From UHGV virus genome UHGV-0235457: 38,103 bases of DNA; one strand, 5' to 3'. The notes below the pieces were generated by a model. That model saw nothing but the letters and a program-made list of their open reading frames with translations, was not told where the DNA came from and did no database searches. Source of the DNA: a virus. The stretch's first letter is position 1. The number at the start of each line of letters is the position of its first letter. The translations under genes were made by a program, and so were the position numbers. Of the stretch, positions 28,033 through 35,743 are shown one piece after another.

Positions 28033-30924
28033 TTAATCGGTTACAGGATTTTTAAATCCCGCTTTTGCCTGTTTTGTGCGCGCTTCATATATCGCGGCAC
28101 GTTTTTGCTCATTTACGGGATTTGTGAGTCCCGTTTCTGTCTGTTTTTTGTTTCCACTGGTCAGGCTACCCCGCAGCAGGTCTGCTTTGCGGCGGGCGCG
28201 TTCAGTGGTTTCACTGATTCTCTGTGCGTGCTCTGCGTCACGGATGGCGCGCAGCATGTCAGAAAGCATGGTAACGGGGGTTTTCATGGTGTTCTGGCCC
28301 TGCTGAAGTGTGGATGCCAGGCGTGCGGTGGCTTCGGGGTCTGATGCCCCCAGCTGTTCCAGATAGCTGGCGACCGGGTTATGGCGGATCTCCGTGCTGC
28401 TTACGCCGTGGTTACGGCTCAGACGCTGCCAGAGCTGCGTGATCCGGCTGTCCGGTCGGGTATCCGGTTTGCGTACAATTTCAAATCCCTGAGGTGCAAT
28501 GATGCTGCCGTCAACGTACAGACTGCCGCCCCGTAACAGGTGCTGCATCTGCTGTTCACCGATATGCAGGCCGAGAGATTCAGCAGACTCCCGCCATTCT
28601 TTAGCGAGTAATTCGTGGTTATCAGGCAAAGGCCGCTGCTGTTTGCGGCTCTGTGTCCAGCTCTGCATTTCATCACTGCTGTTTTTTGCCTGTTTGTCAC
28701 GAAGCGAACGCATCAGCGCCCGGCGTTCGTGCCGTTTCAGTGAGCGCATCCATTCGTTCACTTCAACGCCGTCAAGGAGCTGCGGCCATGGTGCTGGCCG
28801 TTCTTCCGGCTGTTCTGTCCCGTTGTTGTCCGTTTCCTGTACACGGGGACAGTTATTGCCACGAGTCCAAGGGGCGGCAGGGCCGCCCTGAAGGTCAAAA
28901 CCATTTTCGCGGGCACTGTCTTCCGCTTCCGGTTTGCGTCTTACCAGCTTCCAGTTATCCGGATGCGTGCACACACGGGAGGATTCCCCGATGAGTGGTG
29001 ACCAGATCCCGTAAATCTGTACGCTCTGTTCGCCGTAATCGTTTAGCTCATCGGCGAGGTCGTAGGCGGTGCGAATCAGGTAGTCTTTGCGTGGAACAAG
29101 TACGCCGCCCTGTTTCTCTATGTAGGTGGCAAAACATCCGGCATCAGCGGCGGCAAGAACCGCATCCATTGCGTCATCCTTTAGCCGTTGCGGGCCTTCC
29201 GGGTTGCGTGCCATCTGGCTGGCAAGGCGGCGCAGTTCACGCCATACCTGGCGGGAGGGGATGCCAAAGAACTGGAACTGGCGGACCCGGTGAAGGCGCG
29301 CCCAGCCGATGGCGCGTTCCACGCTCTCGGCCATTGATTTTCCGGTTTCGTGGTCAACGCGTGGCTTGCCCGTTTTCGGGTCGATGCCATCCACGGCACG
29401 GCTGTCCAGGTTTTTCCCGATGTAGGTGGCGATGTAGCTGGTCGGTGTGCCTTTTGAGCCGTCGACGTACTCCGCCTTAAAGCGTGGGGTAATATCATCA
29501 CCCAGCTCGTGACGATCTTCCTGAATGGCAATATCGCGGGTGTGGGACACAATAGTGTCGATTTCTTCCGGATGAGCAAAGACCATCATATGCCAGTGCA
29601 CGGTGCCGTCATGGTGAGGCTCCACCGTGCGGATGCCATACCAGCGCAGGCCGTCGCGGTTCAGTTTCTTGCGGACCGCCGCAAAAAACGTGTTAACCAG
29701 GTAATCGCTGGAGTCGCGCATGGTGGCCCCGTTCCATTTGGGATTCGGATGACCGTTCTCTGTTGTGGCGTGGTATTTTGACGGGCAGGTGACAGTCAGA
29801 AACACCGCTTTGTCGCCACGGGCTTCGGCCAGAAGTTCCAGCCCCTTCATGGTGGCCATCATTTCTGCCTTACGGTGAACCGGGTTACTTACTCCCGCGT
29901 AATACACTGTCTCGAGATCAATCGTGAACCCATCTTCGTTTTCCAGCATGAAACTTTTCAGGAAATCGCGTGTTTTCTCGCGCTGTGCGCGAAACTCGCT
30001 TAATGCGTCCTGGCTCAGATAGGGCGATGTTTTTCTGGAAACCAGACAGGCGGCGCGGAGTTGTTCTTCTCTCCACTCGCAACGTAACAGCCACAGTTTG
30101 CGTTTCCACCATTCCGCACAGGTCAGGCGAAGGATTGCGCCCGGCAGCAGCTCCGTGTCCGGTCCGTTCCTCCGGTCTTTATCTGTTGTCAGTGCGTCAT
30201 AATGTGGAGGCATGATGTGCAGGTGTAACGCCATGCGGGCCAGCATCTGATACGCCTTCAGCGTTACATCCATGGTCAGTTCGCCATCGGTCGCGCCAAA
30301 GCCATCGCAGAGTTTTTCGAAGGTGCTGCTGAACATCGCCGCCGTCATGGTGGCCAGCGTCTGTATCTGGTGTTTGTTGAGCTGCGGCAGGTAAAGCAAA
30401 TCGTCCAGGCGTTCGCGTCCGGCAAGGGAGCGATAACCCGGTGTCAGCCAGCGCCCGTCAGTGCGATCCAGACGTTCGAATATTTTGCGCAGGGTTCCGC
30501 GTGTATAGCGTTCCGCCTGCCAGCTCTTTTTGCCTTTCTGACGATCGGCTTCCTGCTTCTTGCGCAGGAAAGAGAGGTGGCGGCTCAGAGGTTCTCGCAG
30601 ATAAACGGGAAGCACCTTCAGTGTGGCAAAGGCACGGGCTACCGGGTCTTGTTCTGTTGCCCGGCGCTTACTGATGATGCTCTGTGCCAGCTTTTCACGC
30701 TGTCCGGCTTCCTCAAGGGATGCCATGAGTTTTTTACCCATGGCGGATTGTGCGAAAAAGGCTTCTTCCTTCGCTTCCTGTTCTTCCTGTGCCCTTTTGT
30801 CCGCCTCAAGGTAGTAACGGATGGCGCGTTGCAGGTCGGTTTCAGTTTCCTGCCTGCGCTCCGTAAATCTGGCCGGATCAATAGCTGGTCGTGGTTCATT
30901 CCAGCTCCATGCAAACGCACTCAT
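28033..30924 (-). CDS. Rolling-circle replication initiator (P2 gpA-like); alternative GTG start at 30951
   Basis: HWHMMVF (HUH-like) and YIATYIGK motifs; ATG 30924 overlaps upstream stop (ATGA). Confidence 0.85.
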   Translation of the reverse strand: MSAFAWSWNEPRPAIDPARFTERRQETETDLQRAIRYYLEADKRAQEEQEAKEEAFFAQSAMGKKLMASLEEAGQREKLAQSIISKRRATEQDPVARAFATLKVLPVYLREPLSRHLSFLRKKQEADRQKGKKSWQAERYTRGTLRKIFERLDRTDGRWLTPGYRSLAGRERLDDLLYLPQLNKHQIQTLATMTAAMFSSTFEKLCDGFGATDGELTMDVTLKAYQMLARMALHLHIMPPHYDALTTDKDRRNGPDTELLPGAILRLTCAEWWKRKLWLLRCEWREEQLRAACLVSRKTSPYLSQDALSEFRAQREKTRDFLKSFMLENEDGFTIDLETVYYAGVSNPVHRKAEMMATMKGLELLAEARGDKAVFLTVTCPSKYHATTENGHPNPKWNGATMRDSSDYLVNTFFAAVRKKLNRDGLRWYGIRTVEPHHDGTVHWHMMVFAHPEEIDTIVSHTRDIAIQEDRHELGDDITPRFKAEYVDGSKGTPTSYIATYIGKNLDSRAVDGIDPKTGKPRVDHETGKSMAESVERAIGWARLHRVRQFQFFGIPSRQVWRELRRLASQMARNPEGPQRLKDDAMDAVLAAADAGCFATYIEKQGGVLVPRKDYLIRTAYDLADELNDYGEQSVQIYGIWSPLIGESSRVCTHPDNWKLVRRKPEAEDSARENGFDLQGGPAAPWTRGNNCPRVQETDNNGTEQPEERPAPWPQLLDGVEVNEWMRSLKRHERRALMRSLRDKQAKNSSDEMQSWTQSRKQQRPLPDNHELLAKEWRESAESLGLHIGEQQMQHLLRGGSLYVDGSIIAPQGFEIVRKPDTRPDSRITQLWQRLSRNHGVSSTEIRHNPVASYLEQLGASDPEATARLASTLQQGQNTMKTPVTMLSDMLRAIRDAEHAQRISETTERARRKADLLRGSLTSGNKKQTETGLTNPVNEQKRAAIYEARTKQAKAGFKNPVTD
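28041..28138. repeat. Two imperfect ~38-bp direct repeats, each with an internal near-palindrome, in the 3' end of the replication gene just upstream of the ParM-like gene
   Basis: TTACAGGATTTTTAAATCCCGCTTTTGCCTGTTTTGTG vs TTACGGGATTTGTGAGTCCCGTTTCTGTCTGTTTTTTG. Confidence 0.45.
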
Positions 30925-31310
30925 GGCTGGTATCCCGTCACGCGCTGCCACTCCTGCGAGAAGAGGGCGGAAAGGCGGTTAAATTCAGCGGTGTATTCAC
31001 TCAGCGAGGCACACCCGCCAGCAGTGCGATGCGCCAGCATTGCTGCAAATACGGAGGCCGGGGAGTCGTAATACGCCAGCAGTGATTCGCCGTGCGGTGT
31101 CAGGCAGTGCAACGCCAGTCCGTGTGGTGTGAAATCCACGCGGTAGCAGTCGTCTACTGTGAAATAAAGGGTGTCTGCATTCTCCGGTTTTGTGGTGCGT
31201 GCTCTGTTGTCACGACCACGGATGTAGAGATCAAATAACCCCTGAAGAACGGGAGCCAGACGGGTGTCCTGTGTGCGCACCCATCTTGTGAAGTCATGAG
31301 CGTCAATCAT
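30921..31310 (-). CDS. Hypothetical early protein
   Basis: 129 aa; translationally coupled to the replication gene. Confidence 0.55.
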   Translation of the reverse strand: MIDAHDFTRWVRTQDTRLAPVLQGLFDLYIRGRDNRARTTKPENADTLYFTVDDCYRVDFTPHGLALHCLTPHGESLLAYYDSPASVFAAMLAHRTAGGCASLSEYTAEFNRLSALFSQEWQRVTGYQP

Positions 31311-31382
31311 GCTGCAATTCTCTTTACTACAGATGTGCGAAGGCCTCCCGCCGCAAGGTGCAGGAAAGGCCCGGAACAGGAA

Positions 31383-31613
31383 TTAATGGAGTTTGTTTTG
31401 CTGCTGGATGAGCTGTTGAAGCTCGTGCAGATCATCCGCCAGATAGCTGAAAACAGAGGCGGAATAAATGTTTGATAGTGCGTGGCTGCGCTCATGCAGC
31501 ATATTGATGTGCATGATTTGCGCGACGCGTGATGCGCGGGAAAGTCTGCGGTTGATTTCAGTCTGGATGTGACGACGCTCCGCGATAGCGCGGTGCTGTT
31601 TGCGGTCTGCCAT
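31383..31613 (-). CDS. Hypothetical small early protein
   Basis: 76 aa. Confidence 0.5.
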   Translation of the reverse strand: MADRKQHRAIAERRHIQTEINRRLSRASRVAQIMHINMLHERSHALSNIYSASVFSYLADDLHELQQLIQQQNKLH

Positions 31614-31790
31614 GGTGTGGCCTCTTTGCTCGGTGATAGAAATAACTCACCATCCAGAGTTGAGAATCTCGGGGTGGCGAGACGTACAGGGTTCTCAACA
31701 CCGGAGAGCAAAGAATCCGGCCCGACCGAAGTCGGCCCCGTACGCCCCGCCATAATTCTGACGCGAAAAAGACGTGGCAATACAGTACGC

Positions 31791-31816
31791 ACAAAAAAAC
31801 CGCTTGCGCGGTTATG
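31791..31816 (-). terminator. Rho-independent terminator-like hairpin within the early-region non-coding stretch
   Basis: AACCGCGCAAGCGGTT stem followed by T7 on the minus strand. Confidence 0.5.
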
Positions 31817-31935
31817 CGCTTTGCTCTGTATCGGGTTGAGAATCCCGGCACCCGTTTTATGAGGTGCAGCGGAAATGTAACCTGACCGATTGAGGCATGG
31901 CAAGCGGTTTTTTTGTGTGTGCATGTTCTGGTTTC

Positions 31936-32235
31936 TTACTGGTTCAGAAAAAAATCAAAAACGTTATCGATGCGTTGCAGCAGCTCTTGCTGCATTGCTT
32001 CCGGCGTTTCCGGTTCGCCAGGTGCCCCCAGCGTTGCGCAGAAATCAGCGATTTCATGATGGAGCGTGAGGCGAATGGCAGGAGCCGTGGTTCTGGCGTG
32101 CTCCAGCTGATCCAGCAGTGCCAGCACAGCAGACGGCGAGAGCATTGCGCGAAATGCCAGTAATTTTTGAGGCGTTGCCATTCGTTGCAGGGCAAATGCC
32201 AGTTCGCGTAGCTTCTGGTGGTTGATGGTGCTCAT
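31936..32235 (-). CDS. Hypothetical early protein
   Basis: 99 aa; 4-bp overlap with upstream gene. Confidence 0.5.
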   Translation of the reverse strand: MSTINHQKLRELAFALQRMATPQKLLAFRAMLSPSAVLALLDQLEHARTTAPAIRLTLHHEIADFCATLGAPGEPETPEAMQQELLQRIDNVFDFFLNQ

Positions 32236-32477
32236 GCTCTGGCTTCCTTCAGTAGCTGGTTAAACATGTTGGTAAGTGGATTGCCGCACCCGAACGGCAT
32301 CGGGTTTATCTGGTAAGAAAAGCGACCGCCTGTTTTGCGCTCTTTTCTTATGACTGAACCGCTGCGCCAGAGTCGGCGTAACTCCGCATTAATGGCTGTG
32401 GTTGGGGTATTCAGTGCTGCGGCGATTTCTCCACCGCTACACCCCGGATTGGCAGCGATATAATCCAGAATGGTCAT
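32232..32477 (-). CDS. Hypothetical early protein, possible DNA-binding
   Basis: 81 aa; translationally coupled. Confidence 0.5.
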   Translation of the reverse strand: MTILDYIAANPGCSGGEIAAALNTPTTAINAELRRLWRSGSVIRKERKTGGRFSYQINPMPFGCGNPLTNMFNQLLKEARA

Positions 32478-32677
32478 CTGCGTGACTCCTGTACCTGTCG
32501 GATAAGGTTCACCTGCACCACATTCGTGGCGCAGAAGTAAGTGCCGTCAGTGAGATAGATGTGATGTGCATCCTTTTCTGAACGGTGTTTGTCGATTGTG
32601 GTAATCAGGCGTTCGTCGACTTCGTATTCACGTCCTCTGGAGGTAAAACGAACGACAGGAAAATGCTTAATTGCCAT
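32474..32677 (-). CDS. Hypothetical small early protein
   Basis: 67 aa. Confidence 0.45.
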   Translation of the reverse strand: MAIKHFPVVRFTSRGREYEVDERLITTIDKHRSEKDAHHIYLTDGTYFCATNVVQVNLIRQVQESRR

Positions 32678-32763
32678 TACGCCTCCTTGGCGTATGCGAA
32701 TACCTCCGCGAATGCGGATTGTTTTTACATTTTCTTATTTAACCTGTGGTTTTATTTGCTCTG

Positions 32764-32877
32764 TTATTCGCCAGTGAAAAAGCGTTCAATCTTTTTTACT
32801 GAATGAATAATTCGCATAATCCCAATGGCGCAGGCCACAGAAATAATCAGAACAAGCCATGAGATAAATATACTCAT
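32764..32877 (-). CDS. Putative 37-aa hydrophobic peptide (not in ORF track)
   Basis: MSIFISWLVLIISVACAIGIMRIIHSVKKIERFFTGE; ATG overlaps stop of upstream gene (ATGA). Confidence 0.35.
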   Translation of the reverse strand: MSIFISWLVLIISVACAIGIMRIIHSVKKIERFFTGE

Positions 32878-33116
32878 GCGATATTCCCCAGCTTATACGG
32901 TTCAATATGTTCCCCGCATTCTGCGGCACAGATTAGCTCGGAAAGTTCGTTAAGTGCATCCAGATCATCAGCGTAAAAAGCCACGTCATACAGACTCCGG
33001 ATTGCCCTGGTCAATGAGTCACGGGCTGCATGTTCAGCATGAGCGCCTGATGCACTTAAGCGAAAATAAAATCGTTCAAGTGCTTTGTTAATGAGAGTTT
33101 TATATTCTTTGCCCAT
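32874..33116 (-). CDS. Hypothetical early protein
   Basis: 80 aa. Confidence 0.45.
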   Translation of the reverse strand: MGKEYKTLINKALERFYFRLSASGAHAEHAARDSLTRAIRSLYDVAFYADDLDALNELSELICAAECGEHIEPYKLGNIA

Positions 33117-33127
33117 CGCAACGCCCT

Positions 33128-33406
33128 TTAATCTGCTTTCTGAATTTCAGCTTCTGAATCCATACAAATAATTTCGATATAGGGTTCATCGCCATTAACC
33201 TGACGTGCCTTTTCAGCTTCGCTAATGATTTCTCGTACGGTCTGGTACGGAAGCTCCACAGTCAGGCGCGTACCGTTCAGATAAACGTAAGTAGCTGCGT
33301 TTTTTTCGGATGGAACAACTCCGTCAATGGCTGATGCGCGTAATAACAGTTCACCGCGAAAATCAATAAAACGGATAAATACACCTTGTGCATGCTCTTT
33401 GGTCAT
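33128..33406 (-). CDS. Hypothetical early protein
   Basis: ATG 33406 with AGGTG RBS; ORF track extends to 33466. Confidence 0.45.
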   Translation of the reverse strand: MTKEHAQGVFIRFIDFRGELLLRASAIDGVVPSEKNAATYVYLNGTRLTVELPYQTVREIISEAEKARQVNGDEPYIEIICMDSEAEIQKAD

Positions 33407-33416
33407 AAAGCACCTG

Positions 33417-33767
33417 TTATAAATCAGCCTGTTTAATAAAACTTTGCCCGCGAAGCAGACGATCAACCGTGCGAAGTGCTTCGTATAATGTGAAATCCTG
33501 CCCGAAGTGATTGTCGCCGCAGTTCAATGTAAAAATGCGGTTTCCGGTAAACGGATTGCGTGGGCATTTGTGGACCACGATTCCAGCTTTCTCAATCAGC
33601 CAGGCATGCTCGCCGATTTGTTTTACAGCGTGGCCATCCGGTGTTGCGTGCGTCTCGTTCAGGTTATAGCGACTGTTACTACGTGATGCACTGGTAGCGA
33701 CGTGGTGTACATGGCGTTCTACGCCATTACGAAATTTGGAGTATGGATTATTAGCGTTTTTTTTCAT
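33417..33767 (-). CDS. Hypothetical early protein
   Basis: 116 aa. Confidence 0.45.
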   Translation of the reverse strand: MKKNANNPYSKFRNGVERHVHHVATSASRSNSRYNLNETHATPDGHAVKQIGEHAWLIEKAGIVVHKCPRNPFTGNRIFTLNCGDNHFGQDFTLYEALRTVDRLLRGQSFIKQADL

Positions 33768-33788
33768 GATGGTGCTCTGTTCATTGTT

Positions 33789-33992
33789 TTAGCTGTTAGC
33801 CAAAGCGTCTTTTAACATCGCCACAAGGTTTACTTCAGGCTTTTCCATTTTGGCGCGTTTGGGGCGGATAATAATTCGACCGTCAGCCAACATCTTTTTG
33901 CATGTATTAAGAGGGATACCTGTTATCTCTGCATATTTCTGCAGGGATACATAGGGGGCATTCACATTGATATTGATGGTTATACCTGACAT
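33789..33992 (-). CDS. Small HTH DNA-binding protein, excisionase/Cox-like candidate
   Basis: 67 aa; LQKYAEITGIPLNTCKKMLADGRI looks like an HTH; second gene of the early operon. Confidence 0.5.
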   Translation of the reverse strand: MSGITININVNAPYVSLQKYAEITGIPLNTCKKMLADGRIIIRPKRAKMEKPEVNLVAMLKDALANS

Positions 33993-34008
33993 CCCACTAG
34001 CCTCCTGA

Positions 34009-34215
34009 TCAGGAAGATTTGTTTTGTTCTTTCTGGGTTAGCTCTAGGCCGCGAAGGAAGATCATGCGCGCCATGTTAGAGGATGAGCGTTGTTCTTTAG
34101 CTGCCATTTCATCAATGACGGCTCGCTCCTCGAGGGACAGCCGAAGTGCCAGTCTTGGACCTGTGGCGGTGTTACGCGGAATGCGTGATCTGGTATCGTG
34201 AAGAACTTGTTTCAT
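34009..34215 (-). CDS. Ribbon-helix-helix regulator, first gene of the early lytic operon (Cro/Cox-like role)
   Basis: 68 aa; LALRLSLEERAVIDEMA is RHH-like; divergent from repressor. Confidence 0.55.
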   Translation of the reverse strand: MKQVLHDTRSRIPRNTATGPRLALRLSLEERAVIDEMAAKEQRSSSNMARMIFLRGLELTQKEQNKSS

Positions 34216-34290
34216 AGTGGTATATTGTGATCATCTAATAGCTCGTGAAATCATTTTGGTATCAAAAAAGATACCTGTCAAGGTTTTTGT
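34216..34290. promoter_or_regulatory. Immunity switch region with divergent promoters and operator-like palindrome
   Basis: GGTATC-N6-GATACC at 34258-34275 lies in the 17-bp spacer of a minus-strand TTGACA ... CAAAAT promoter candidate. Confidence 0.45.
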
Positions 34291-34695
34291 ATGAAAAATG
34301 ATATTGGTCAGCGGTTGCGTGAGGAAAGGGAAAGATTGGGACTTAGTCAAGTTGCCATGAGCGACATTGGTGGAGTCAAAAAGCTAACTCAGCTTAGATA
34401 TGAGAAAGGAGATAGCTTTCCTGATGCTGCGTATTTGGCAGCGCTGTCTCGTTTTGGCCTTGATGTTCAGTATGTTGTGTTGGGAATTCACTCACCTGAA
34501 ACTTATAACGATGATGAGCAGGAGTTGATTACTCGCTTTCGAGCAGCTTCGTTAGATGTGAAAAACGCGGTGATTGGGGCTTTAAAAGGTGCGATCAGTG
34601 AAAAGGAAACTCAGCCATCAGGACGTGAGTTAAATATTTCTGGTGGTAATAACCGTATCGCTGGTCGTGACTATAACGAAACTAAGGGTAGGTGA
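34291..34695 (+). CDS. XRE-family HTH repressor (immunity repressor candidate)
   Basis: 134 aa; N-terminal HTH (LGLSQVAMSDIGGVKKLTQLRYEKG); divergent from early operon, upstream of integrase. Confidence 0.75.
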   Translation: MKNDIGQRLREERERLGLSQVAMSDIGGVKKLTQLRYEKGDSFPDAAYLAALSRFGLDVQYVVLGIHSPETYNDDEQELITRFRAASLDVKNAVIGALKGAISEKETQPSGRELNISGGNNRIAGRDYNETKGR

Positions 34696-34710
34696 TAGTA
34701 GGGAGGTGAC

Positions 34711-35361
34711 ATGGCCGTCAACTCAAACGGTTCAAACAATCGCGTTGCTGGGCGTGATTTTCACGAAAAGAATATTCAGATAGAGCGATATGATGGTTCT
34801 CATACCGTCAATATCGCAATCCCTTCGAATAATGATGATGACGATCGCCCTTTGCTTAAGGCTCAGCGTAAGGAGCTAAATAGCTTGGTTGCTGCTATTG
34901 CAGAAGCTAGCAATACTGAAGCGTTTATTATTTGGCAAAAAGTACATGCGGAGATTGGTGTAGCTGGTATTGATGATATGACAGTAAATCAATATAAAAC
35001 AGCGGAGAGTTTTCTGCATGCAATGCTTGAGCGATGTAAAGATCATGATGCCTGTAAGGCTCTTGTAAGTTTATTACTGCGTAACAGTGAAGACTGTGGA
35101 CTTCGACAAAAACTTCTGCGGTATTGCCATATCAATTTCGGTACAGGACGTTTAAACGATCTTACTCGTTCTCAGTTACAGTCTGCATTGTCGTGGTTAG
35201 AGCAACAATCGGCATCAAGCCACACAGAGAGTTCGACCTTACCAGAAGTCCGACTTCGTGCTTCAGAATTAATCCGACTTTATCCAAAAGAAATAATATT
35301 CTTTATCTGCGTAGGGGTTTTGGTAGGCGGTGTCATTTCTAGGGCGTTTTTTAATTTGTAA
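34711..35361 (+). CDS. Hypothetical protein with C-terminal transmembrane anchor (lysogeny-operon cargo)
   Basis: 216 aa; GGAGGTGAC RBS; C-terminal IIFFICVGVLVGGVISRAFF; N-terminus shares a 13-aa motif with the repressor C-terminus. Confidence 0.6.
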   Translation: MAVNSNGSNNRVAGRDFHEKNIQIERYDGSHTVNIAIPSNNDDDDRPLLKAQRKELNSLVAAIAEASNTEAFIIWQKVHAEIGVAGIDDMTVNQYKTAESFLHAMLERCKDHDACKALVSLLLRNSEDCGLRQKLLRYCHINFGTGRLNDLTRSQLQSALSWLEQQSASSHTESSTLPEVRLRASELIRLYPKEIIFFICVGVLVGGVISRAFFNL

Positions 35362-35390
35362 TCTTACTTGAGCTAAATTGAGGTAATGAT

Positions 35391-35738
35391 ATGAAAGTAA
35401 AAAAGGTTCAACTATTAGTTACTTTTTTATCTATGTTTTCTTTTTCCGCCGTCGCAATGCCTTTTAAAACTATTGAACGTGAGAGTTTCAATGGGGTATG
35501 GCCATTTAATACTGATGAGGTTCAATTACAGTGTCTTGATGGTAATCCTTATGTGATGAATTTTGACGATAATAAGTTATATGCACTTACAGGTTTGGCT
35601 CGAATAAAAGGTAAAACATTTGGTGCGTTACCGTTAGATAACAATAATCCATTTTGGCTAGATAATGATGCCGCCCCAGGGTTAAAAAAGAGTCTGGGGG
35701 ATGTCACTAAGGCTGCATTTGATTTATGTGATAAGTAA
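35391..35738 (+). CDS. Hypothetical secreted protein (lysogeny-operon cargo)
   Basis: 115 aa; signal-peptide-like MKVKKVQLLVTFLSMFSFSAVA; AT-rich. Confidence 0.6.
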   Translation: MKVKKVQLLVTFLSMFSFSAVAMPFKTIERESFNGVWPFNTDEVQLQCLDGNPYVMNFDDNKLYALTGLARIKGKTFGALPLDNNNPFWLDNDAAPGLKKSLGDVTKAAFDLCDK

Positions 35739-35743
35739 CTAAA

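Noticed and set aside
28995-29480. 161-aa Arg/Cys-rich plus-strand ORF and other ORFs antisense to the replication gene
   Set aside because: Junk-like composition; inside a strongly supported coding region
31307-31924. 205-aa minus-strand ORF spanning the early-region non-coding island
   Set aside because: Ser/Thr/Arg-rich translation, overlaps the better 76-aa gene in another frame and runs through terminator and inverted-repeat structures
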